DNA of 64,000 bases from Macrostomum lignano (lineage: Eukaryota). Made by a program: the position numbers and the translations under genes. The stretch is taken from the NCBI GenBank assembly GCA_002269645.1, contig NIVC01001089.1:310001-374000 (forward strand). The letters run 5' to 3'. Every line of letters begins with the position of its first letter. Position 1 is the first letter of the stretch. Shown piece by piece: positions 26,111 to 41,090 of this stretch. Under the pieces are notes generated by a model that saw only the letters and a program-made list of their open reading frames with translations, ran no database searches and had not been told where the DNA came from.

Positions 26111-26614
26111 CTACCAGATTTACTGAGGGCGAGTCTACTCGCTTACTAAAGATGTTGATAGGCTAGAAACCTGGCTAATCACATGTCTAAATAGTAAATT
26201 TCAAACAATCCTTTACCGACTTACCAACAAAGTGGAAGCAATCGCAGTCAAACAGCAGTCTGAGCTAAATATAGAGGGCCTTAAAAAGTACAGTTCCGGA
26301 TAGGCAAGCAAATCAAAGCATTAAAACCGTTTTGCTTCAAGTGCTAGAGAGACTGGTTAATCTGAAATCGAACAGAATTGCTTGTTATATCTCATCATCT
26401 CACTAATCACATGAAACCAAACAAATTTTGAAGAATTCAAGAACTATTGAGCAATTTCCTTTCAAAACCCGTATATACTAATTGTATTACTTAAAGTAGT
26501 ATTGTGAATTCAGATTGTCAATTTGAATTTCCGGGTTAAGCAGATTAAGAATTTTTTGAACAACTTTATTAGAAATAAAGTTTATAGTGATAGAACTATT
26601 TATACTGACCGTTA

Positions 26615-27430
26615 GTGAGAGTTACAGGGAATTCCCCAGTGACAATTTTGTGAGAGGAAGAGGGAATTCCCATGGGGGAAGATTCGTAAGAACCAAAGAG
26701 AATTCCCGAGAGTGACGATTTGTGAGAACCAGAGGGAATTCCCCAAAGTGACAATTTGTGAGAACCAGAGGGAATTCCCGAGAGTGACGGTTTGTGAGAA
26801 CCAGAGGGAATTCCCCAAAAGTGACAATTGTGAGAACCAGAGGGAATTCCCCAAAGTGACAATTTGTGAGAACCAGAGGGAATTCCTCAAAGTGACAATT
26901 TGTGAGAACCAGAGGGAATTCCCGAGAGTGACGGTTTGTGAGAACCAGAGGGAATTCCCCAAAGTGACATTTGTGAGAACCAGAGGGAATTCCCCAAAGT
27001 GACAATTTGTGAGAACCAGAGGGAATTCCCCAAAGTGACAATTTGTGAGAACCAGAGGGAATTCCCCAAAGTGACAATTTGTGAGAACCAGAGGGAATTC
27101 CCCGAAGTGACAATTTGTGAGAACCAGAGGGAATTCCCCAAAGTGACAATTTGTGAGAACCAGAGGGAATTCCCCAAAGTGAAAATTTGTGAGAACCAGA
27201 GGGAATTCCTCAAAGTGACAATTTTTGAGAACCAGAGGGAATTCCCCAAAGTGACAATTTGTGAGAACCAGAGGGAATTCCCGAGAGTGACGGTTTGAGA
27301 ATCATAGGGAATTTCCCAGAGTGACGGTTTGAGAATCATAGGGAATTTCCCAGAGTGACGGTTTGAGAATCATAGGGAATTTCCCAGAGTGACGGTCTGA
27401 GAATCATAGGGAATTTCCCAGAGTGACGGC
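26615..27430. repeat. 36-bp minisatellite containing the palindrome GGGAATTCCC, switching to a 34-bp variant at the right end
   Basis: gagaaccagagggaattccccaaagtgacaatttgt tandem units. Confidence 0.95.
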
Positions 27431-28519
27431 CAGCGAAGGACAGATGGAATTCCCCAGAGAAACAACTTTTGAGTCAGGAAATTTACCACTTTACAAAGAG
27501 GTGAAAGCAAATAGTCGTAGAATTCCCCAAGGGTAGAAACAGCACAGGATGAAAAATAAACATTTTTAAAGAAAATATACACAAGAACTCACAATAACAA
27601 ATTATTGTTTCATGCCATAATTAGATGATTGCCGTTTAGAAAAGAATTTTCCAGATCAGATCGCGTGTTTACCAACTATATATTGTTAATTTAAACATTC
27701 ATTTTTGTCGATTAAAATTGGCAAAAAATTGGTATGCACAAAAACAAATATTCTTTAATCATATTGACAAAGATTTTGGGTAATTAGTTTCATGGTATTG
27801 TAAATGTAATAATTTCTGTAAATTTACCAAGATGGAATGAAATTAAGTCTCTTATTATAAACCCTATATACTACTAAAATAAAAGAAACATTCTAGTAAA
27901 AATAAAACGATAGAACCTATCTAACCCGTTACCCAAGCAGTTTTAAATACCAATCTAAATAGATAATTAGAAGCGAACATTAATACTAAGTAGTATGTAC
28001 TGACTATCTAACCAATAAAGAATACCATCACTAGTTAGCAGATACATAGCAGTCAGTTTCTTAGGCCACAGAAATGTTTTATTGAGGAGAAAAAACACAC
28101 CAAACAGCTAATGCTTGAAAACTAATAATAAACAAATAAGTTCAGGAATACGTGACAGACACTACAACGTGGAAAGCCAGCCTTGGATATTGATGAGTAC
28201 AATTGGAATCCAGTTATAATTGGCATTGATGATCAGGACTCAAGTTAATAAATACGGGTACAAAGCAAAAAACCGAATTACAAAACACTGCTCGAATAAA
28301 GCAATTATTGTCTGCTTGTAACAATTCGGAATTACATTTCAATTATTGACTTCTTAACTAATTTAAAACTGCTAACAGCCAATCTGATTATGCTATTAGA
28401 AAAAAAAACTTTCATGCGCAATAAGGATTTTCATCTACTCTTTAAGAAACACACGTGTACTAAAAATATTTTATTGACGAGGTTCTGCTGCTCAGTTAAA
28501 TGGATTTCCCTCGTCGACC

Positions 28520-28830
28520 CTAGAAATAGTATACACTAGGGGATAGAGAGGGATTTCCCTACTCCCAAGACAGAAATGTACACTAGGGGATAGAAAGGGG
28601 TTTCCCTGCCCCTAGACAAAATGTACACTAGGCGATAGAGAGGCGTTTCCCTGCCCCTAGACAGAATGTACACTAGGCGATAGAGAGGCGTTTCCCTGCC
28701 CCTAGACAGAATGTACACTAGGGGATAGAGGAATTTCACTGGCCCTAGACAGAATGTACACTAGGGGATAGAGGGATTTCCCTGCTTCTAGATGAAATGC
28801 AGAACAATGGATAGGAAGGGATTTGTCTGT
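28520..28830. repeat. 45-bp minisatellite
   Basis: gtacactagg(g/c)gatagagagg...cccctagacagaat units. Confidence 0.88.
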
Positions 28831-29348
28831 CCCTAGGCAGAATGTACATTATAAGTATCTACTAGGAGTTTTGATCAAGCGGTATATAATATCGGGTAAT
28901 TTTCGACTATCCCAATACGTTACAGCAATAAATTTAGCATTAATATATAATTGTAATATACGTTGAACTTAAACATTTGAATTCGGTTTACAATGCTAGC
29001 GAGACAAGATACAATCTAAATTTAAACACCAATTCTAGCCTAACAACTTCACAATGTCCAGCTATATTTAGAAACTTGTATCAATATTTCAATACTGCCC
29101 TCGTATGAATCTTAGCAAATGTGAATAACAATCACTCTCATACTCAAAAAAGACCCTACAAACCTAAATGGCAATAAAAACATGCTCATTAACACAAACA
29201 CAATAGCGGGAATATATCATTTATAAACAGTAGATTATCTAGATAAATATATTATCATCATAAAACACAAGAGTAGCGTAAATCCGACATGCGCAAACAC
29301 ACAATAAAGTCAACCAAATCCAAAATGAAGCCGCCGACCCCCAGCCCG

Positions 29349-31573
29349 CTAGGCATTTCGCGAGGCGGCAGCTGCGGCCGCCTTGCCGCCAATAACGCTG
29401 CTCAGCTCCTCCTGTACTCGCCTCTGCGCTTCTCTGGTGTTCTTCGGCACGGAGGTGCGCATTGTCTCTACAATGCCGTTTAGGCCGTCAAAGTACACCT
29501 GGATCATCTGCTGGCGCATGGAGGTCTCGGTTTCCTAGAAAGAGAAACAACAATTCAGATTAAGGCGACGGTTAAGTGTACATTTCATTTTTATAAATCA
29601 AAAACAAAACTGGGCGAACAACTAGCATGTAAAAGTATAAAATATATATCAATAGCAATATAAAATACCTTCATCTCTCAATCTAGAATACCCCAATCTC
29701 TAAATCTAGAATGATCCGATTACCCAATCTAGAATACCCCAATCTCTAAATCTAGAATGATCCGATTACCCAATCTAGAATAGCCTAATCTCTAAATCTA
29801 GAATACCCAATCTCTCAATCTAGAATACCCTAATCTCCTAACCAAGAATACCCCAGCATTTCAATCTAGAATACCCCAGCATTTCAAACTAGAATACCCA
29901 ATCTCCTAACCAAGAATACCCCAGCATTTCAATCTAGAATACCCCAATCTCCTAACCAAGAATACCCCAGCATTTCAACCTAGAATACCCTAATCTCCTA
30001 ACCAAGAATACGCCAGCATTTCAACCTAGAATACCAATCCCAGACTCACCTCAATCATTCGGCCAATAGTGAAGATATGAGCCTGCATATCAGCCACAGT
30101 GGCCTCCTTCTCCACCTGGCGGGTGAGGCTGCCGCCAATGTCGAACTCGCCAGCGGCTGTGTCGGCAGTCCGCACCCACAGCATGGTGGTGGCGGTCAGC
30201 TTGTATTTGGCACTGCGGCCGCCAATTTTGTGAGCCACCTCCACAACATGAATAGAATCCCATTGGCCGCGTGTTCTAGCCGCGTCGCCGATCTTTTTAA
30301 TTAGCACCACTCCGGCGAAGCCGTTGTCCATGTCCCACAGGTAGGCAGAAGAGATGCCGCCGCCAAAGTACAAATCCTGGTATTGCTCCATCGCCGAATT
30401 CAAATCGATTTCAAGCGAACGGAGTCGATCTGATGGCACTGTGCCGTCCTCTAGCGGCGGGTCGTATCTGGGAGATATGGTTGATATATGCATTGATCGT
30501 GTATGCGAACACTGATAGTGCCCTGCCAAGGCATTTCGGTATCCCAACTTGCTCTTTGGAGATTTTGGTGGCAAGTAGTATCGAGTGTTTCTTATTGTAT
30601 TCTTTTCAAAGGGGGATTCCTATGAAGAGTTTTTCAATGCGATACTTAAACACTTAAGCCTTGTGGGCCTTTTTCTTTATGAAGACGCAATTTTTTGATG
30701 CAGTGTTTGCTAGCAAAATTTTTTGACAATGTAAATTTTAGAGCTTGTGAAGCTTTGAACTTGTGAAGATTCGAGATTTTTTGACAATTCGAACTTGTGA
30801 AGTTTCGAGATTGTGAAGATTCGAGCTTGTGAAGTTTCGAGATTGTGAAGTTTTGAGGTTGTGAAGTTTTGAGTTTTTTTTTTTTTGAGATTGTGAAGTT
30901 TTGAGATTGTGAAGTTTTGAGATTGTGAAGATTTGAGATTGTGAAGACTAGAGATTGTGAAGATTCGAGATTGTGAAGTTTTGAGATTGTGAAGATTTGA
31001 GATTGTGAAGACTAGAGATTGTGAAGATTCGAGATTGTGAAGTTTTGAGGTCGTGAAGTTTTGAGATTGTGAAGATTAGAGATTGTGAAGATTCGAGATT
31101 GTGAAGATTCCAACTTGTGAAATTTCAAAATTGTGAAGAATCGAGCTTGTGAAGAATCGAGCTTGTGGAGAGTCGAGCTTGTGAAGAATCGAGCTTGCGA
31201 AAAATCGAGCTTGTGGAGAGTCGAGTTTGTGAAGAACCGAGCTTGTGAACAATCGAGCTTGGGAAAGATTCGTGTCTGACTTGTATGCATCCGTGATTCC
31301 GTGTGCACAGATTTTCAGTTAGCTAAAGTCTCACTTGTTACTCCAAGGTGACCTGTAGCTGTCGGCATCCCGATTATAATCGCATAGCAAATAGTCTTTG
31401 TTGCAGGACGAATCTCTGGCCACTTTGAGCGGCTGATCAACAGAGCAGAGCAAATTCTCTGTCAGGTCCGGCACCAGGTCGATCAGGTGAGCCAGATTGG
31501 CTTCGACCTCCTGTGGCGGCAGGCGGCGCATCATGTCCAGCGCGCAGTTTAGTCGGCGATCTCCGGCGTCCAT
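29349..31573 (-). CDS. CAPZB: F-actin capping protein beta subunit, divergent C-terminal half; exons 31573-31335, 30467-30050, 29534-29349
   Basis: [62 protein letters not shown] and GGSLTRQ are diagnostic; GT-AG introns in phases 2 and 0 give a continuous frame to TAG. Confidence 0.95.
29670..30035. repeat. Intronic array (CTAGAATACCCCA core), CAPZB intron 2
   Basis: Recurring tagaatacccc. Confidence 0.85.
30770..31265. repeat. 16-bp intronic array GAGATTGTGAAG(TTTT/ATTC), CAPZB intron 1
   Basis: ttgtgaag every 16 bp. Confidence 0.9.
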
Positions 31574-31874
31574 TGTGCTGCTTGCTTGCCAGATGGCTTA
31601 GCTAATTAGCTAGCATGAAATTTTAATTAGCTCGCTTGATAAGAAACTAATGATAGTGAATAAATGTGATATTTAATTTAATTGGTTTGTCCCTAATTGA
31701 GACTCAAACAAACTGGCAAACAACTCCAATTCAGCTTTATTTTAAATGATGCAGATAAGCCTACCTTTCATATCATAGCAAACATACCTTTTCTTTCAGG
31801 TAAGTTGCATTTTGATCAAAAAGTAAATTGTACAGCTGGGTGAAATTTCGAAGTTGGGCATGTATAGTATGCGA

Positions 31875-32058
31875 ATAGACCATACATGTGCAACCTTGGG
31901 AATCACCTAGTCATTTCTATTGGCAACACACACATGTAAGTTGCTATTGGCTAAGAGCAGTCACGTGACTAGTATTCTGTCCAATAGCAACTTAGATGTG
32001 TGTTGCCAATAGAGAAATGGCCAGGTAAATCCCTAGGTAGTGCCCCAATATGGTATAG
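31875..32058. mobile_element. About 185-bp imperfect palindrome, probable foldback MITE
   Basis: Arms CTATTGGCAACACACACATGTAAGTTGCTATTGG and CCAATAGCAACTTAGATGTGTGTTGCCAATAG centred on AGTCACGTGACT. Confidence 0.65.
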
Positions 32059-35000
32059 ACTAAGCCTAGAAAAATAGGTGAAACTAGAAACCAATAAGAG
32101 GGGGGGGGGTAGATTAGGGCACAATATCTAGAATAACTAGATGGCCACTCAGCACACTTGTACATAAACTACTTTCACTTAAGTAGTAAATTAGACAAGC
32201 ATTTTAATGCAGTTTTAAAGCCAATGCTTGTTTATTGGCTCTTATTCCTAGCCTACACCCCCACCCACACACCAAAATATTAAAAATGTATACCCAAAGC
32301 CCAAAATCACTTTTTACTATAGATTAGGTCACAATAAAGATAATTTGCTTATTGATATACTATGTAGACACTTTGTTAAGCCTATAGGGGGATTATAAAT
32401 CTGAAAGGCATTATAGATAAAAAGGTAATTAGAAGTTAGTTTCAGTCTATACTTACCATTATATATGTTGGCATTTTGGTTCTTTGCATCTATCATATTT
32501 AAGAATTTAAGTTTTGAGGTCTTTTTCCCTTGGCCTCAGCCTTTTTCTCTTTTTGTATTTTTGTATTTCCTGAGTTTTGCCAATCCTAGGATTCATGGAA
32601 GTGGGATATCCTAGACTTTTCTAATTCTAGGATCCTAACAAATTAGAAAAAAATTGATAAGGTTTCTAATTTTTTGGTGTAATTTTAGTTTATGAAGCCA
32701 TTCAATAATTATTTCAAAGGGCTTTCAATGATAAAAGTTTAACAGAATAAAATATTCTGCAAATAAGAAACTGACGGTGAGCTCTGAATTGGAGTGTGAT
32801 AGATAGGCTGGCATATTAGATGTGTTTTTTACATGCCAGTATCAGCTTAGGGAAGACCCCACTTGATTGTCATATAACCTGGGGAACAATAGCTTACAGA
32901 GCTATGGCCTAAGGTATTAATACCAGGTTAGAAGGGGATCAGACCTCACCTTCCCAGGGGCACCCGCCTTAGAGAATTGGTAGCTTTGGTTGTGGTCCAA
33001 TAGCAAGGTCCTAACTCCCACTGTTCTAATCCCAACTATAGCCAAGGAGTTAAAAATAGTTCTACCACCAACCCTATTCTAGGTATCTAAAAGGGTGCCT
33101 TGACAATGCTAAGAATGAGGTCTTTTGCATAGGGGGCTTCTGATCTGCACAAGGTTGAGACTTGAGACCCCCGACTTTAGCTAGGTTTGAGATAGAGGGA
33201 GAGTTCAAATGAACAATGATTTGACTCCTATCTAGTAAGCTATAGCAATGACAGCTTCAGTTTTGTATATCATGCAGCCCTAGGCTTCTCACTAGCTTGC
33301 ATGCTTAAAAGATTATTAATCAAAGCAAGACAAATAGTTAATAATTTCAACTGACAAATAGCTCAGCTGCAGATACTACTTGAGAATGAATGATTAAATT
33401 ATTGCAAAACAGGATTGAGATCTTGATGGTCAATTTCAGGATTCTCAAATCCTAGAAAATTGTGATCTTGGGATTTAGAATCCCAGGATTTGGGTCTAAG
33501 CCAAGGATTTTGGGATCCTAAGATCCTAGGATTGTATTCCCTAGTAGCATTTCTAGTTCTCTTTCTCTATATTAACCAGGGCTTTTATATATCTAATATA
33601 TAGATGAAATATATTTAAAATAGCAATATCCTAGTTTTGACACTAGATTTTAAATAAACTAACTAAAACAAATTTATTAATGTGTATTTAAGGTCTTAAG
33701 GTCAAAAAAGAATTACCCAACATAATAATAGATGGCTTCTAGTTAATTCATCTATTGAAAACTGCTAAGTAAACAAAATGCCTTTTTCTTTTAAGACTAT
33801 TTATCTATTAGGAAATAAGGATAGGGAAAAGAGTGGGATAGGAAAGAGAATAGGATAAGGAGCCCCTTAACAATGTCTTTGTTAATATTGTTGAAAATAC
33901 TATGGGTTGCATTATTTTAACAAACTATTTCATAATAGTATATATAATATCTATAGAAAGAATAACAAACTTGACTTTTAGAAACTTTAATAAAATGAAA
34001 ACTGTTGAAAAGTTTCTAAAGATTAAAAATATCAATAGATGGTCTTTCTTGTTTAACAATTTTCAGATGTAAGACATGTGTCATTTCAAATCTAGAGTTA
34101 TCACATATTGTGTCTCCCCCTTTTTAAAACTTTTTTTCTAATTCCTACCTTTATTTTCTAATAGAAAGAGAAAACTTTGTCTGCTTAGCAGATGAAATAA
34201 CTGATACTTTACTAAGGTAAAATTCATCCCAAAATCAAATAATGTATTTTGTATAAAAGTAAAAAAGTTAAATATGTGTATATAAAACTTTATTAAAAAT
34301 ATAAAATAATTAGGGTCCAAACAGTGCTAAAGCCCTATGAGAACTTTAATAAATTAATATTGGCACAAATAATATCATTGCTATATTTAAATTCCAATAA
34401 TGTCTATATAACTATAGCTATGCTTTTTTGGCAAAACATTCACTGTTTTATATACTTTCTATATTGTTTGGATTGTTGGATTGTTTGGATCAACAAAATA
34501 TAGACAGTGATTGACAAACATGTGGTCATGTTAGGAAGCCACTGGTTGGGAAGTGCAAGTTATAGGCTTATGCCTACTAGCTATTGCCTGTTAGTTATAA
34601 AGTCCTAGCAACACATATTGGCTATTGCTAGGCCTAAATAATTGGCAGCACTGACTTAGCAGACCTTAGCTTAAGTATGCTTTTAATAAACTTGTTTTCA
34701 TTCATTTGTAAAAAATTTTATGTCAAAATAGGCCTAATTTTATGTGTAGAACTAGAGGCCTAGGTAGGGGCCTAGGGAATAGGACATTTAAAATTGAAAA
34801 TTGAGAAAAATTTCCATTTTCTAAGATTGAAACAATTCTCAAAAGAGTACCTATGACTATATCCCTAAGCTAATAAACTCAAAATTTAAGGCATTAAGCA
34901 ATACATCCCCTTCCCATGTTGGCTTTTTTGCACAAGTGAGAAAAATGGTGCATGACCAAGATACCTACATACCAAGATGGCCACAGCTTTATATGTCTAA

Positions 35001-35174
35001 ATCAAGAATGATAAGCCTATGTTTATATATTTTAATTATTTCTTATTAATAGTAATTTGAATTAGATGTAGATCTTTAAGTCTTAAAGAGATAGATGGTA
35101 TAATGGAATGGAATTATATTACATTATAATCATCCCATTTGGCTTCAGCTTTTATTATATTATACCCTAGCCTT

Positions 35175-35831
35175 TAGAGCTGTCACGAGATCTTGACAAG
35201 ACAAGATTTGAGACAAGATCTTGACATTTTCTCGTCTCGAGAAATCTCGAATTTTGTCAAGAAATTTGAGATGAGATTCAAGAATTTTTCTGATACCTTT
35301 TTTCAAAAGCTTTTAAGTGATAAGATATAAAAAGGGGAGCAAATTTTCATATAAATACAACTATTTGTTGTAACATGCTTGATAGGGCAATTTTCAAATG
35401 GTAAAATCGAGCAGTTTTAGTTATTTAACGAACATCGTTATATACAAGTTTGCATTGCATATGCGCTCTTTTAGTTATCATTTCAGTTCTGTGGCAAGGT
35501 GTATCACAGCAGACTCGAAGACAATCTACATAGGTCTTTTGACAAATTAGTAATAGACATAGTAGGGCCAAGGGCCTATATGCTACAAGCATAAATGCTT
35601 ATGAATAAATAGCAAAGAATTAAAACTAGAATTAAGAAAGTATTCTGGAAAATCTAAAAAATATATTTTAGAATTATATCATTTAAGACAAGATAAGAGC
35701 AAGACAAGATGCAATTCTAAATATATTTTTTTAGATTTACTTTGTCTTGTCTCGTCTCGAAATTCTCAACTTATAAGCCTTTCTCGTCTCGAATCTCGTC
35801 TCGAATAAAATCTCTAATTTTGATAGCTCTA
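35175..35831. mobile_element. 657-bp hAT-type MITE with exact 8-bp TSD
   Basis: TIRs TAGAGCTGTCA / TGATAGCTCTA; CTAGCCTT at 35167-35174 and 35832-35839; subterminal GACAAGA and CTCGTCTCGA repeats in inverted orientation. Confidence 0.85.
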
Positions 35832-37339
35832 CTAGCCTTAGATATTTATTATTTATCCTAGCGTAGCGGGTCCATTGAGCACTGTGGAAAAGCAGAAAAA
35901 TTAGAAAATTGGTAAAAAGGGTAGGGCCTAGTATTTTTGATTAGGAAAAACACTAAAAATAGAAGTTTTCATGGAATGAAGATAGAAAGGTTCAAAAGAT
36001 TATAAAAATTTTAAATTTTGCTTTAAATAAATATTTTTATAAGAGAATTGGTCAATATTGACAAAAGTTATATATACTCAGCAGCATCAAAAAGTCGCCA
36101 CTCTATGTGCCAATGAGCAATGTCTCTCAAACTATCCTGAAATAAAAAATATGAGAAAACTGATCAGGGTAGCTTTAATCTGTCTAATCCATACACACAC
36201 TGCCCTGGCCCCCTCACTTCATTCTTCAACTCAGGTGTGCCGCGGCATAGCTAAGTTGCGTCACTCACAAAAATTGAGAGACTTTACCTACACTCTCAAA
36301 AGTAGTAACCACAGACAGAATTTTCTGTGATAGCGACTTTTCAATGTTTCTGAGTTATTGAGTATTAGTAATTAGAGTATATATTTAACAAAAACAAAGT
36401 TGTTCATTTTATTGTTTTAATAGCTTGGGGGAGGTCCAAACATGTTATAATCAGCTTTTCAAAGTGGTTTAACACTTTAACATTTTTTAAAACTATTTAA
36501 AATAGGCCCTAGTTTAACAAATGATTCAAGAAGAAAAGAATGCAAATTGATTAAATATGATAATTAATATAATAATAGCTATTAAGTTGCCAACTAGGCC
36601 TAATAGTAGAAAGAGAGTAGATATAATAGAGATTCAATGTTGTGGCCATCTTGGTCCTACCCTTATACTGAATAAATAGGCCTAGGCCTAGGAGTTGCAC
36701 TTTCGTGGCTTAGTCTTCTATCTAGGGAATATAATATCTATGGTCTATACATTGCAAAAATATGCTCAAAATCATAAATATTATATAGGCCTATAGCCAC
36801 ATGCCTAGGTTTCAATAACAGCAATAGAATTTTATAAAAATAGAAGTCAGATCAGAAAATTTTAAATGGCCCTATATTAGTATTCTAGAATTTGAAATAA
36901 TTCTAATAGTTCCTGCGCCATAAAATTTTAGGCCAGTAGAGGGATTGATCTTAAAATAAGGACAGATTTTAAAGCTTACGAACATAAAATTATAACAGGT
37001 AAAAACTACCTGGACATGGACATACTACATAATCATAAACGACAAACCCAGTTAAAACCATTGAACCATAAGCCATTTAGGGAATAGCATGAGAGCAAAA
37101 AAGCGGAATTCACAGGTAATCAAAAAATAAATCACAATTAAGTTTAAAATTATTTTTGACGGAATATTAAATGAATTCTTTGTGATTTATTATAGTCCTT
37201 ACTTTTTCCTCTAATCTTTAAATGCGTATAAAATATATTTTACTTGTTATACCTCAAATCCAATTGGGCTGTGGAAACATTTTCAAATTTTAATTTTACT
37301 GGAAATAAACGACTAAACTTTTAAGAATGAGCGACATTA

Positions 37340-37644
37340 GCTGAAATGGCGGGCCAGAAAAAAAACTTAATAAAATGTGGCTATAAATGACAATTTTAGA
37401 TGATTAGACTAAATAAAACCAACAACCCCACACGGCCCACAGTTCAAACTGATACAGGAATAACGGGGTGAAAGCTAATTTTACTTGTAAAGTTGAATGT
37501 TTCAACACAAAATTGATTCGCGGGCCACTTTTACATTGTTAGATAGTAAGAGTGCTGCGGGCGTGCAGGCCAGACTTGAAGGTGTCGTGGGCCAGATCTG
37601 GCCTGCCTGCAGCCTTTCTATAGGCCAGAGTTTGCCAACCCCTG
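37340..37644. mobile_element. Right end of a hAT-type element; left end not located
   Basis: Terminal AGTTTGCCAACCCCTG preceded by GGGCCAGATCTGGCC and GCGGGCC motifs. Confidence 0.45.
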
Positions 37645-38354
37645 GTTTATAATGCTAAACTGCACGCTTGGCCTAACTTAACATTTTAACAATTACACCT
37701 GTAAATGTTAATTTAAGATATAGCCCATATATGTCTGTACATGATTCAGCTGATTCTTAAGTGTTGTGCTTTGTATTACGCTCTCTCTAACATATTATTA
37801 GATCATGACAGAATGGCCATATGACATTGTCAAAAAGTCCAAACAATAAAATAGCCACATTAGAATTGATAAACAAAGCCCAATGATAGTATATGTAATT
37901 ATTTTTGTTTGCATAGGCCTAGCAATTTTTGACCATAACCTAAATGTAGGCCTACCATAATAACTTTTACTATACCTCTCCTAGCTAAGTTTTTTATGTC
38001 ATTAGTATGCCATGACCATGACATGTCAAAATAAAAAAATGGCATAATGACTAATGAGTAATGATTTTGATGCTGTTATGCCAAAACAACATAATAATTT
38101 TTTGTCATTATGCCATTGCTAAATTGCCAATGCTGAATTTCCAATTCCAAATTTCAATTTTGCTTTTAAATTTGTTCAAATATTACCTTGTTTATTGTGG
38201 CAGTTGCATGATGTTACAATCAATGGCAAGTTGCATTTCATCATTTTATATTTTATGCTAATGGCATGTTGAAATTTAAAATTGCATTATAACAATTTTG
38301 ATGAAAAAACTCAGTGACCAAAAACTGGGGGTCACCATATGCATCCTTGATTTC

Positions 38355-38512
38355 CCTAGCTAATGCTGGCACCCATTTTACAGTAAAGATATAAATAAAG
38401 AAATGCAGAATTAAGTGTCTTCTCAAGGATGCACATTGTTCCAACTTCCAAGTGGGTCAAGAATCAAACTACTGACCTTTCAGTTGTTAGTCTAATGCTC
38501 CAACCACTAGGA
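38355..38512 (-). mobile_element. tRNA-derived SINE, copy 2 (CpG-decayed)
   Basis: Aligns to 13857-13977 (gctaa[c/t]gctggcacccattttacag ... aaccacta). Confidence 0.6.
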
Positions 38513-38662
38513 TACAACTCCTTATATACATGTTGATAGACAGATGGATATAAAAGTTCAACATGTCATGTTTATAGTACAATGCTAGATACGAAATACT
38601 AATCTATATTTGGGATATTTGGCAACTGCATGGGAAATCAGTTTGTCTACTGTCCCATCTGA

Positions 38663-40475
<1,813 letters not shown>

Positions 40476-40477
40476 GT

Positions 40478-41090
40478 CATCATAGAGGGTAGCTGTGATT
40501 CTGGAATCATCATAGAGGGTAGAGGTGATTCTGGAATGATCATAGAGGGTAGCTGTGATTCTGGAATGATCATAGAGAGTAGAGGTGATTCTGGAATGAT
40601 CATAGAGGGTAGCTGTGATTCTGGAATGATCATAGAGCTAGAGGGTAGAGGTGATTCTGGAATGATCATAGAGGGTAGCAGGTGATTCTGGAATGATCAT
40701 AGAGGGTAGCAGGTGATTCTGGAATGATCATAGAGGGTAGCAGGTGATTCTAGAATGATCATAAAGGGTAGCGGTGATTCTAGCGTTATCATGGAGGGTA
40801 GTAGTGATTCTAGAATGATCATGGAGGGTAGAGGTGATTCTAGAATCATCATGGAGGGTAGCTGTGATACTAGAATGTTCATAGAGGGTAGCGGTGATTC
40901 TAGAATGATCATAGAGGGTAGCAGGTGATTCTGGAATGATCATAGAGGGTAGCAGTGGTTCTAGAATGATCATAGAGGTTAGCAGGTGATTCTGGAATGA
41001 TCATAGAGGGTATTGGTGATTCTGGAATGATCATAGAGGGTAGCGGTGATTCTGGTATGGTTTTATATGGTAGTGGTGTTTCTAGAATCA
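40478..41090. repeat. 30-31-bp minisatellite starting just after the GOLPH3 stop codon
   Basis: atcatagagggtagc(a)ggtgattctggaatg units. Confidence 0.93.
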
